Below, in pieces: positions 1 through 10,865 of a DNA stretch of 36,398 nucleotides (within the stretch, counting starts at the first letter, position 1; the number at the start of each line of letters is the position of its first letter). The stretch comes from Octopus bimaculoides (taxonomy: Eukaryota): NCBI RefSeq assembly GCF_001194135.2, contig NC_068985.1, positions 59,504,186 through 59,540,583 of the forward strand, in the 5' to 3' direction. A program made the translations under genes and the position numbers. The notes below the pieces were generated by a model, which saw only the letters and a list, made by a program, of their open reading frames with translations, did no database searches and had not been told where the DNA came from.

Positions 1-26
1 TGTGTGTGTGTGTGTGTGTGTGTGTG
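1..26. repeat. (TG)n microsatellite
   Basis: Pure TG run at the window start. Confidence 0.98.
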
Positions 27-109
27 TTCCATGAGCAAAAATGTAAGTACTCAGTACAATCAATACGTTTTTTTAAATGAAAATATATATCCACTTTTAC
101 TATTGTAAA

Positions 110-322
110 GATCGATGCGGTGAGCTGGCAGAATTATTAGCACGCTGGACAAACTGTTTGGCAGTATTTCATATGTCTTTACGTTCTGAGTTCAAATTCC
201 ACTGAGGTTGACTTTACCTTTCATCTTTTCGGGGTTGATAAAATAAGTACCAGCCGAGTACTGGGGTCGATGTAATCGACCTACCCCGAAGTTGCTGACC
301 TTGCGCCAAAATTTGAAACCAA
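110..322 (+). mobile_element. tRNA-type SINE, family A, with 9-bp TSD
   Basis: Shares gcggtgagctggcagaa...gagttcaaattcc (B-box-like)...gataaaataagtaccag...ggggtcgat with copies at 9535, 19465, 29501, 29755 and 33425. Flanked by tattgtaaa at 101-109 and 323-331. Confidence 0.85.
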
Positions 323-933
323 TATTGTAAATGAAGATTAATACCTTCTATGACTTAACAATTCAACCTTCATAGAAAAGTTTGATACGATTCAAGTAAA
401 GGTCCGAGTGTTCCGTCAGTGTATTGTAATGTTCCGTCAGTGTATGGTTAATTTCGGTTTGAACATTTGCATTGAGAAATGTCAGTAAGGGAATATGTAA
501 GAGAAAAACCCATCAATTTTCCTGAGATGTATAAATGAGGTTCTATTGTTTCCTATTGAAATTTACTTGAAGGAATTTCTTAACACTTCTGTATTTCGTG
601 AATATTTCAGGTCTTTCATTTAAGTTTTATTTAAGGTTTCAGGTTTTAAAATTCTTTTAGTAAAAACTTCTCCATAATATATACGTTGAAATTTTTTGAT
701 GTATCGTTTGTTCTGATTCAGTAGATATCAAAACATGTTTGGGTTATTAATTCCTTATTCTATAAACTCCATATAAACCTTCAAAAGTTATTATATTTCT
801 CTTTTGTCTGTTTCGAAAAGATTAAGCGAAATTTCCTTCACTCATTTCTGTATGGTGCATTATTTATTTAATCTTCTTAAGAACGGATTACTACTTCTTG
901 TCACAATACAGTTTCAGGAGTCTTACGTGGCCA

Positions 934-943
934 AACACACACT

Positions 944-1012
<69 letters not shown>

Positions 1013-1112
1013 TCACATACACACACATTCACACACTTACACACATATACATGCACACACTCACTCACACACATACACACTCGCACACACTCACACGCAC
1101 TCATGCACACAC
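934..1112. repeat. (CA)n microsatellite with degenerate CA-rich tail
   Basis: Direct reading; source of the HT-repeat ORFs. Confidence 0.97.
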
Positions 1113-1705
1113 ATTTTTGGCATATTCACATACAACTATTATCTTCATTAAGATTATTCTGTCGTTTAGATAAGCTTGTTACACAATTGCCTCTGCAACC
1201 CTAACTGACGTTCACTGTGTTCCGATTAAATATCTTAACGAAAAGTGTGTGTCAACTAAAGGTAAAAATGTTTTTGTTTGTTTTGTTTTTGTTTTTTTTT
1301 TGTTTTGTCTTGCTTTTGCTATGTTTGTTTTCACATTGGGCAAGAAATGTGGATCTATAGTTTCTTTTCATATTCGTACTTTTTGAGAATTTGGCAGTAA
1401 AATTAATCATGTCATTGAATCCTCAATTCTATTGGAGTTAGTGAAATATATGAGGAACGACATCAAATATTTCTCTATTTGTCGATAGGTCGGATACACA
1501 CAAATATTGAATTAACTGATAAGTGGTAAAGTAGTTAAAAAATATTGTTCTAGTGTATAAAGATTTATTTTGCTAATCATGCACAAGTACGCGTGTATTC
1601 ATTATTATTATTTATTTTATTGAACATTAGAAGAACTGAAGCATGCCTTTGACAGTTCTGGAGCGCATTGAACTTATTTCGTGCGTGACTTTTGGTCCAC
1701 CCTCA

Positions 1706-1707
1706 GT

Positions 1708-1749
<42 letters not shown>

Positions 1750-2056
1750 NNNNNNNNNNNNNNNNNNNNNNNNNNNNNNNNNNNNNNNNNNNNNNNNNNN
1801 NNNNNNNNNNNNNNNNNNNNNNNNNNNNNNNNNNNNNNNNNNNNNNNNNNNNNNNNNNNNNNNNNNNNNNNNNNNNNNNNNNNNNNNNNNNNNNNNNNNN
1901 NNNNNNNNNNNNNNNNNNNNNNNNNNNNNNNNNNNNNNNNNNNNNNNNNNNNNNNNNNNNNNNNNNNNNNNNNNNNNNNNNNNNNNNNNNNNNNNNNNNN
2001 NNNNNNNNNNNNNNNNNNNNNNNNNNNNNNNNNNNNNNNNNNNNNNNNNNNNNNNN
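1706..2056. other. (TG)n run followed by assembly gap (N 1750-2056)
   Basis: Direct reading. Confidence 0.98.
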
Positions 2057-2094
2057 ATATATATATATTTACATACATACACACACATAAGTAT

Positions 2095-2205
2095 GTGAGT
2101 GGATACAAGCTAAAAGAAGCCCTGCTTACCAACCACGTGGTTCCGGGTTCAATCCCACTGCGTGACACCTTGGGCAGGTGTCTTCAACTATAGCCTCGGG
2201 CCGAG
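2095..2205 (+). mobile_element. SINE family B, 5' (tRNA-like) half only
   Basis: ccaaccacgtggttccgggttcaatcccactgcgtgacaccttgggcaggtgtcttcaactatagcctcgggccga matches the heads of the copies at 18471, 27512, 28383, 31996 and 35963. B box GTTCAATCC. Confidence 0.85.
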
Positions 2206-2340
2206 AGGTGCGTTGTTTTTTAGCGAAATACCTCATTCCACGTCGCTCTGCGATCATTTCGGCATCTGACATACGTCATGCTTGTGCACTTGTACAGACA
2301 ATGTTGATCTGATGGGGGTGGGGGTAAGTTTATGCACACC
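2206..2340 (+). mobile_element. SINE body fragment related to family C
   Basis: gcgttgttttttagcgaaatacctcattccacgtcgctc resembles gcgttgtgttcttgagcaaaatatttcatttcacgctgctc at ~28940, then diverges. Confidence 0.5.
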
Positions 2341-3409
2341 TAATAATGAAATTGTTTGTGCATGCCTTTCAGCAAAAACTTAATACTCATATGTCGTCTT
2401 CGACAGGAGATTCCAGCACAAGAGACATTTCATGCCTCACATAAAGAAACCTTAATGCCAGAAACGTTGATCATGCATAACTTGCACTGGCCAAGGGGAG
2501 TGGCGTTCTATACTTTGGATTGGCCAAAATCTTCAAGTTGTTGGAGTTCTACATGGTCGAGGGTCCAGAGATAATGTAACCTGTGCAGTCTGAAGTCACA
2601 CCTGGAAACGAACTCGGGAACAAAACTTTGTGTAAATAAAATCATAGGATATTTGTATAAAAACCTCTTGGAAATACATTCGGATAAATTAGTTTACTTT
2701 TTATGAGGTCATATCTCTATCAATTTGTTGTATTTTCTCTAATTCACTATCATACATATTGCAACATTTCTTGACAAAGAAGAATAAAAATGCGATATCG
2801 AATTGCGTATCAATGATTTTTATTAATAATACTATCTAACGAACAATGTTACTCATTCAAAATTATTGTAAATAAACGAAATGCCCATAACAATACAACT
2901 CCTGCTTTTCGTACACCACACTACCTACTACACTGATACTACCAAACTTAACAAACCACAACTTAAGTACTCTATCAACATTTTTCGTTACAGCACACTA
3001 GAATTGCAAGCTGGTACGACACATTTCTCCGAAATCTTTAGTTATTTTCATTCTTCTATTTGAAAAGGGGAATCTTCCTTGAAATATTATAAGATCATTA
3101 AATGATCTCTGTAAAGTAATCCTTTATATTTTCTCTTTGATTTTATCTATTGATATCGTGCTATATTTTTAGTCTAATTTCTCACCTGTTTTGTTGAAAG
3201 CGATTTTTTTTCAAGCCTCTATATCATCTGCACATATTGCAAAGCTTCATGATAATTACAACACTAATTACAAAAGTCGGTATCTCGGTACTTGATATCT
3301 GATTTGAGGGAGAGGAAGATGGAAGCTTATCCTGATTTAATAGAAGTTTCTGAAACCAATAAAAACATTTCTGTTTTCAATATGGAGACTTGGAATATAA
3401 CGTGAGAGT

Positions 3410-4003
3410 ATATTTATGATCCAGAAATAGAGGCTCAGTCCGTGGCCTAAGAATTTCACGAGCCAACGATTAGCACAGGAATTCATGATGACTGTTTTTT
3501 GGGATGACAAAGGTGTTATTCCCCTTGATTTTCTGAACTATAGTTGCACTGTGAACAGCGAGGGGACAGTTTAGAGAAGCCATTAGGAAGAAAATGGGAA
3601 AAAATAATCTGAAAATGATTTACATTTGCTATGACTATGTCTGACCACACGTATTGTTGACAACACATCAGGCAATCAACAAATTAGCTTTATATGTTGT
3701 CCCCAACTACCTTAGAGCCTAGTTTTGATACCCGCTGACATCCATTTGTTCGGGGGACAATGATTTGACGACAAAGAAGTGAAATTGGTTGTGAAGAAGT
3801 GGGTAAAACAGTGAATACCTGAATTTTATCAGAAAGGGTTCGTGATTTCGATTCAACAATAGCGCAAATGCACCATTGCGACGAGATGATATTGTGTAGT
3901 AAGTATCCTCGGATAAAGTATCACCTAATCTATCAGTATGAACGACGTATGTCAGTTCCAAAGAATGTCCTGCCCACTCTTACGTTATTTTCGGTTCAAC
4001 CTT
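3410..4003 (+). mobile_element. Decayed mariner (Tc1/mariner, DD34D-type) transposase, C-terminal part
   Basis: Frameshifted translation gives YDPEIEAQS, FWDDKGVIPLDFL..TVNSE, FREAIRKK, DKEVKLVVKKWVKQ..PEFYQKG and RKCTI, collinear with mariner catalytic domains. Possible 3' TIR-like gttattttcggttcaacct at ~3984-4002. Confidence 0.8.
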
Positions 4004-4435
4004 CCCAAAAGGCTCTTTTACAACTCCCACTCTTTACCTTGCATCCCCACCTACACTTTATACAACCCGATCTCACCTTTTTCACAAATGATAATAAAAC
4101 ATGTTCTCGTTGGTGACATCTTCATCTGTGCTTTACTAACCAGAACATGATAATCTGCATTATCACAAATACATTTCCTATTCAACAAGCTCATCAATGA
4201 TAACAAAACTCATGTTCCAGTGTGTGAATCCAGCAAATGTCAACCAGAAAATAACAATACTCATCAACACTCACACCTTGTTGCTTACACAGCTAATAAT
4301 TATCTTTCATATATTTTAAAGCTGGTTTGCTGCTTCCTGCCTTAATCAACGCCCACATATTTCCTCTTTACTGTTATCATTCAAGTGCTACTTGCTGGTT
4401 GGTTGATTCATCCATTTTTGGCTTTATATTCCTTA

Positions 4436-4503
4436 TGTTATATTATATTATATTATATTGTATTGTATTGTATTGTATTGTATTGTATTGTATTGTATTG
4501 TAT
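4436..4503. repeat. (TATTA)n-(TATTG)n pentanucleotide microsatellite
   Basis: Direct reading. Confidence 0.95.
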
Positions 4504-4694
4504 ATACACAAGATTAATTCAGTACAAGATTTCACATCACATCCTCGCCTCATGTAAGCAGCAATGCAAATCTAGGATAGGGATTTGGTAAAATAAAGAT
4601 TGGAATATAGATTGTTCCAATCTACATAAATGTAATGAGGGTTTTAATTTAGTTGTATTACAACATATCTATCTACGTGTCTATCAGTAGATAA

Positions 4695-4774
4695 ACATAT
4701 AGATAGAGAGAGAGAGAGAGAAATCTTGACTGACAGACAGACAAACAGACGGATGGATGGACAGACAGACAGAC

Positions 4775-4866
<92 letters not shown>
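4695..4866. repeat. Compound (GA)n/(GACA)n/(GATA)n microsatellite
   Basis: Direct reading. Confidence 0.97.
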
Positions 4867-4988
4867 GTGCACGTCTCCTGAATAGAGTAACTGACATGAA
4901 TCAAAGAAAGGCGCTGTGTTGAAAACAATCTCAGAAATCCCCAGTTCATCTTCACCAATAGTGTCTAAGATCAAACCCCTAGGTATTG

Positions 4989-5194
4989 ATTTCGTGTTTT
5001 TAATACAAGATGGTGTAGAAGACCATCTAGGTATCGATTGACTAGACTTAATCCTAATACCTGGACCAGCTGCTGTTTGAATGACTAACAGTGATGGATT
5101 AGTAAACAAATGTTTTCGTTCGTATTACACCTCCGGTACTCTGCTGTGTTCTTGGCTAGTAACTGTGACTTGATACATCACAGGTTATTTATCA
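4989..5194. repeat. Direct repeat, copy 1 of 2 (~206 bp)
   Basis: About 90% identical by eye to 6210-6416. Confidence 0.92.
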
Positions 5195-5199
5195 TAAAG

Positions 5200-5337
5200 A
5201 AGAGAGGAAGGTCAAGGGACTCCTAGCAACGTAACTCGTGCTGGGGAAACTGGAGAGAAAGGCTCAGGTTAAGGATCAATGGTGAGAGATAGTCGGTGGC
5301 CTACGGCCCAGAAGGAGGCAACGGCGTGAGTGAGTGA
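5200..5337 (+). mobile_element. RTE-type LINE 3' end fragment
   Basis: RRGRSR start, then EKAQVKDQW*EIVGGLRPRRRQRRE*, followed by a (GTGA)n tail; resembles RTE-clade C-termini. Confidence 0.55.
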
Positions 5338-5534
5338 TTTAATGAGATTTTAGCCATGATTGCTCAAAAATAATAAAGAGAACTGATAAGTTTATGTGTA
5401 TGCGTATGTGAGCCTGTATGAATATGTTGTGTGTGTCTGCGTGTATGCATTTCGGTAAAGGAGTCAACATATCAGGGATACAAGAACATATTTACATAGG
5501 TTTTAAATAAAGCAACCATATCTTCAGTCTCTAT

Positions 5535-5720
5535 AAAATATGCATGCATACATACATACATACATACATACATACATACATAAACGTATAGATACATATA
5601 CATACTCACATATATAAATGTAGGTAGGTACGTACGTACGTACGTACGTACGTATATATCTGTATACATACACATAGAAGCGCACATACATAGACATACG
5701 CACACATATATAGACACAAA
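5535..5720. repeat. Compound (TACA)n/(TACG)n microsatellite
   Basis: Direct reading. Confidence 0.9.
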
Positions 5721-6209
5721 GCTATTCATTCTTATGAATTTTATTATGCTCGAGGGATCTTTCATGTTAATTTCTAATTTCTATTATATATGACAAACAT
5801 TAAAAACGGAAAAAATGTCAGCAGCTGTTGTAAAAAGGCGGCCATAAATGAGATTCTTACTTCAGAACCTTTATCACTTAATTTAAATAATAATAAAAGA
5901 AAATAATTAGAATTCAAGAAAGAACACCTCAAGTTTTCAATAATGTAGAGAGACATTTAATAAATGTAGATATCAAGAACAGCTGATAGAGAACTTCTAC
6001 AAGATTAACTACAATATTTACATTAAATTTCGAACTGATCACAGGTAATATAATTGAAATAAACTCAAATAAACTACTATAAGGCATTCAACCAAATGGA
6101 CATATCGTCTGTTCTTTACATTTGAAATGTTGTCAGTTTAACATTCTTTGCAATGCTATTTCATTTCAAAAGATCTTAATAAAATCCTGAAGTTGTCTTT
6201 TAACGATTT

Positions 6210-6416
6210 ATTTCGTGTTTTTAATACAAGATAATGTAGAAGACCATCTAGGTATTGATTAACTAAAACTTAATCATAATACCTGGAGCAGCTGCTGTTT
6301 GAATGACTAACAGTGATGGATTAGCAAACAAATGTCTTGGTTCGTATTACACCTCCGGTACTCTGCTGTGTTCGTGGCCAGTAACTGTGACCTGATGCAT
6401 CACAGGTTATTTATCA
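6210..6416. repeat. Direct repeat, copy 2 of 2
   Basis: See copy 1; this copy carries one extra base at about 6265. Confidence 0.92.
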
Positions 6417-6429
6417 CACCCAACAACTG

Positions 6430-6575
6430 ACCATCTATGTGGTCGCTCGAGCTGTTAGAAATAGCATCCAATTCTCTCTTGAATCACACAACTTTTTTAG
6501 AAAAATATAAAGGTGGACATGTTTGACAATGTAATCCTTGATATAGAAAAGGTGGGATGGTATTTCACGGCTGTA
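6430..6575 (+). mobile_element. Probable degenerate short interspersed repeat (family D)
   Basis: tagaaatagcatccaattctctcttgaatcacac weakly matches ctaaactaagcatctaattcttcatcaaattacac at ~10910. Possible tail pieces at ~8925-9045 and ~25295-25360 (minus strand). Confidence 0.35.
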
Positions 6576-6679
6576 GGAGCAGTAGAAATGTAAAGTTGAT
6601 GGCTGTTTCATTAAAATGTAGCAATCTTATATCCTCCAGTAGTTGAAGGACGTGCACTTCGAAAGAAGATAGCCACTAG

Positions 6680-8094
6680 TTTTGGTTTATCTCCGGCTTC
6701 TCTCTGAGATCTAGATTTCTTAGCCCCAATCTACAATCCATCTTTGCTGTTCGGGTTATAAGCTCTATTCAAAATTCACTCCGAAAGATGTCTGTGCATA
6801 CAGACTTTATTGTTCTATCACTCACCACTCTCAGCTAGATTTCAATAATTACATCCAATTATTCTAGCTCAAAGTCCATCATTCTCCAAATACATTTCTA
6901 GCCGAAACTACCCGAGACTAGCAGTGACACTTTAATATCTCCTCCTGTATTGAGAACCTATATCGTATCTTACTCCCCTGCCGTGTGATCTTCCTCGGTT
7001 CCTCAGTAACTTTGACACATGCAATTCTTCATATCTCTTACACTTCTACCATACCGATGTTGTCAGTGTAGATGCCGAATCATTTGTAATTCTCACCTCT
7101 GTACATCAGCTTGTTTCTTCTTCTGTTCGCATTCCAGACCGTTATTCCAAATACCCTTCATTTCTCTCCCACATTAAAATCTATCATCTACCAAACCGTG
7201 TCCGATTCTGGACCTATCGTGTCATCAGATAACTGCTCTGTTGCAACAGTCCAACACAAACCCGATATTATACAATATCCCTTCACCCCAGACTACAAGT
7301 CAACTAATTGGTCGGAGTTCCGCCAGTTTTATATCACTTATCCGTAACAGAACGCGTGTTTCACTCCTGACCCAGCAGAAACACCTTTGGTGAGGGTGAC
7401 TGAAACCTTTTAGACATGTCCCTTCACATCCTACACAAACAAAAGCTCAATATCATAATTCCCTAAGTGGTTTACTCCACTAGAGATATTCGAGCAACAT
7501 CTAATGATTCTCACTCTCCCTCCAAACTGGGTGACATTCACCATTCTGTTGTGAGTCAAGGAAGCCTTCGTGCATCCACGGCTCTCAAACGTTACAGCTT
7601 CCCAAAGTATAATGGATCTTTTTGGTCCCTTACCAAAAGAATCACCACCAAATTTTCAGAATGCTTTTTCCCACCTCTCTTGATGGTTTGGTAAGCAGTA
7701 CCTTTCCCCATGCAGAAATTCTCCTCTTTTACTCTCCGTTTTACATCAACCCCCACTCTTGACCATTCCCTTCGAAATCTATTCCATTCCATTCCACTGG
7801 AGCAGAGATACCTTCAGTGGCTTCAAAAAAATAAAGTCACCAGTTCAAGCACTGTAAACCCTCCCATTATACCCGAATAATGCAACCCATAACTTGTACT
7901 TATACTCAATAAACACTTTAACATCTCACTCTCAACGGAGATATACCCTGATATTCGGATGCATTCCTCGTTGAGTCCTATTCCAACGAAAGGCAACCCC
8001 TTTGACCCTGCTAACTATCATCCTATTGTTCTTTTCGCTAACATCTCTTGCGAAATGGAGACAACAGTTAACAATTAAGTTCTCTAACACTTTG

Positions 8095-8172
<78 letters not shown>

Positions 8173-8870
8173 TCTCTTCTCACCACTCCCTTTCACTCTC
8201 TCTTTCTTTCTATTTTTTTACGCTTTCTCTCTTTTACTCTCTCTCTCTTCGCTCCCTCTCTCTCTCTTTCCCTCTCTCTTCTCTCTCTTTTTTCTTCCTC
8301 TCTTTCCTCTCTCTCTCCTCTCCCTCTCCCTCCCTCTCTCTTCTCTCCTTCTTTCGCTCTCTCATTTTATAGTAGTGCAACGAAAGCAATTTAGTTGCCA
8401 TTCACGGTATATGGCATGCTAATATTGTATCAAAACATTCCCGCCTATAGCCCCTACTTATCTCTCATCTTTTGGGTCAGTAGCTTCCTATCTCATCACC
8501 CTTTTCTCAGCTAAACAATGATGTTCACTAGGTTTCGCTTCTGTCCCCTACACTCTACCTTCTATACATCATTGATCTACTTTTTATCATATCCAGACGA
8601 GACTGCACTCAAGAATAGCCCTCACATTCAGTTCAAATTTTAGGCTTCTTTATTACCGAAGATATCCTCTAGAGAAAGTACATCCTTAGCATAGCAAAAA
8701 GCTATCTTAGCTCTCCCACCCCACCAACAGCTGGTGATACTCAACAAGGCCATAGTGAAGCCCACGTCTGTGTTGGTGTTGTTACTACACGCACAGCTAT
8801 CATGGACAACATCCTGAGAAGAAACACTTGATTAGTATTCAATCAGTATGAGATACACTCAACCTCTTCG
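6680..8870 (+). mobile_element. Heavily decayed non-LTR retrotransposon (APE endonuclease + RT; CR1/L2/Jockey-group-like)
   Basis: Fragments in order: ESFVILTSVHQLVSSSVRIPDR, DYKSTNWSEFRQFY, SFWSLTKRI, PIPTKGNPFDPANYHPI..METTVNN..HFES, VWHANIVSK..WVSSFLSH, LLSPTLYLLYIIDL, TPQQLVILNKAIVKP. Many stops and frameshifts. Confidence 0.8.
8098..8365. repeat. (CT)n microsatellite plus degenerate pyrimidine tract inside the LINE RT region
   Basis: Direct reading. Confidence 0.95.
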
Positions 8871-8912
<42 letters not shown>

Positions 8913-9199
8913 ACCGACTTCAAAATTAGATAACGTTATTCTAGATACATATGTCTAGAAGACAAGATAGCCTCAGCTAGAATTACAAGATTCTCTCAGT
9001 CAGGACTCGCTCAGGGCTTAACGAAAGCAAAAACAAAAAGATTGTCATTATTCGCTGAAAATTCCTGACCAAATTTGATTTCATAGGAACGTACCAGGAG
9101 AGGATTAACAGCCTAACAAGAGGAGGGCGGTGTTTAAAGATCTAATTTCACGGAACTATAGAAACTGCTGGGGAATACCAAGCTACACAACAGACATAT

Positions 9200-9500
9200 A
9201 GAAATACGGTCAGTACTCTCATTACCATCTACATGATCGACAATATCGACATTATCTATTTTATGATCATTATCCACACTATCAACACTATAATCACCAT
9301 CAAGACTATCACCATCAACATTATCTACTCTATCAGCATCTATAAACTCTGTAATACTATCACCATTATCTATAGTATCAACATTGTCTAAACTATTTAA
9401 ATTGCCTACACATTCAACACAATGAATACCATATGCATTAAAAACAATATCACTTTTATCAGTACCACTATCGAGGCTATCTACACTATCAACAGCACTT
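9200..9500. repeat. Cryptic ~9-bp periodic array (ctatcaaca-like)
   Basis: ctatc/tatc recurs about every 9 nt; the minus strand reads D-x-x repeats. Confidence 0.7.
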
Positions 9501-9534
9501 GCATGGTTCACAGTTTTATTCTTATCACCACCGG

Positions 9535-9740
9535 AATGCAGCGAGCTGGCAGAAACACCGGGCGAAATGCTTAGCGGTATTTCGTCTGTCTTTACGTTCT
9601 GAGTTTAAATTCCGTCGTGGTCGACTTTGCCTTACATCCTTTCGGGGTCGATAAATTAAGTACCAGTTGCGTACTGGCGTCGATCTAATCGACTGGATCC
9701 CTCCCCAAACATTTCGGGCACTGTGCCAAGAGAAGAATAG
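9535..9740 (+). mobile_element. SINE family A with 17-bp TSD
   Basis: attcttatcaccaccgg at 9518-9534 and 9741-9757 flanks a well-preserved family A copy. Confidence 0.92.
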
Positions 9741-9769
9741 ATTCTTATCACCACCGGTAAAAATGTTTG

Positions 9770-10325
9770 CCACTAGATACAAATATTCTCCAAATATTTA
9801 TGATACAACCTGAAAATATTATTTGAACTATCTGCAAGTATTTTTCGTATCACCAGTAAATGTTTAAATTACCGACTGAAATATTCTTATGAACATCTAC
9901 AAATATTCTAGCCAAAACCTGTAAATATTGTTGACTCATGTGTAAATATTCTTAGCACTATCTGCAAATATTCTTGGCACCATCTGCAAAAATTTCTTGG
10001 TCAACAACAGTAAACATTCTTATGACCATCTACAAGTATTATTAGTACCTTCTGTAAATGCATTTAGCATCAACTGCAACTGTGCTTGCCATCATCTGAA
10101 AGTACTTTTGTCGCCTAATGCAAGAGTTCATGGCACCACCTGAAATTTTTTGGCAATACTTGTAAATATTCTTACGGCCATCTACAAATTTTATTATCGC
10201 CTCATGCAAATATTCTTGGAACAATCTGTAAAAATATTCTGGCACTAATAGTAAACAACTACCTACAAGTGGTATCAGCTCCTTCAGCAAATATAAAAAA
10301 ATCAACACCTGCAAATATACCGACC
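9770..10325. repeat. Degenerate ~22-bp minisatellite (consensus aaatattcttggcaccatctgc), left block
   Basis: Consecutive units such as aaatattcttagcactatctgc / aaatattcttggcaccatctgc / aaacattcttatgaccatctac; roughly 25 units. Confidence 0.85.
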
Positions 10326-10329
10326 GCAT

Positions 10330-10650
10330 CTTCCGAAGATGAGCACTATCAGTCACTTGTCTCCAGAATTAGCTCTCCCGCAATATTCTTGGTAGGCCCC
10401 GCTTCAGCAAACCAGGTTTTTTTAACCAAATGTTCGATAAACGTCCAGAGTCGCTTTCCGTGTGTTGGTTCCCATATCAGCATTTGACTAACGACTTCAT
10501 CCTTGCTACGAAAGCAGTGTCCACAGATCTCAGTCTTCTTTCCACTATGGTGAAGGTAATTATTGGCAGATAACCATAAGCAACCTGTTTATTATAAAAG
10601 ACTCCCATTTGATGGTGAGTGCTATTCTCGGAAGTCGTGTGTTTGTTCCA
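10330..10650 (-). mobile_element. RTE-clade LINE 3' fragment inserted in the 22-bp array
   Basis: Minus strand: LERKHNGTNTRLPRIALTIKW / YGYLPIITFTIVERRLR / GHCFRSKDEVVSQMLIWEPTHGKR, matching RTE C-terminal motifs. Confidence 0.8.
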
Positions 10651-10669
10651 TTATGTTTTCTTTCTAGTG

Positions 10670-10865
10670 TCGCCATCTGAAAATATTTCGTATCATCATG
10701 TTAAAATTTTTTCTCAACACCATCTGTAAATATTATTGACCTTACCAGCATGTATTCTTGCACGATCTGCAAATATTCTTCATAGCACTTGCAATAAATT
10801 TTAGCAATACAAATAAATACTCTTGCAACCATCTGCTAATATTCCTAGTGCTACCGGCAAATATC
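10670..10865. repeat. Degenerate ~22-bp minisatellite, right block
   Basis: Same unit resumes (catctgtaaatattattgac, gatctgcaaatattcttcatagc). Confidence 0.8.

Noticed and set aside
409-451. Small 18-21-bp tandem duplications (409-451, 27921-27955, 32299-32339)
   Set aside because: Real but two-copy slippage-type duplications, which are ordinary in this context.
1170-1261. Candidate 92-bp exon (tttag|...aaag|gtaaaa)
   Set aside because: Stops occur in all three frames; no support as a coding exon.
1640-1705. Possible Tc1/mariner terminus (gacttttggtccaccct)
   Set aside because: Too short and has no partner TIR in the visible sequence.
4684-5109. 141-aa minus-strand ORF (..[19 protein letters not shown]..)
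   Set aside because: No recognised motif, half is microsatellite, and the duplicated part is frameshifted in copy 2.
5118-5142. miR-12-like (gtattaca..ggtact) and miR-279-like (tgactaga, ~5040) words in the duplicated unit
   Set aside because: Partial matches only; the miR-279-like word is not kept in copy 2 and no precursor hairpin places them correctly.
5774-5956. Hydrophobic 60-aa ORF resembling a membrane-protein segment
   Set aside because: AT-rich composition explains the F/L/I bias; no motif or convincing splice context.
9770-10865. CRISPR-like array
   Set aside because: Units are contiguous degenerate tandem repeats with no constant repeat plus unique spacer, no cas genes, and a eukaryotic context.
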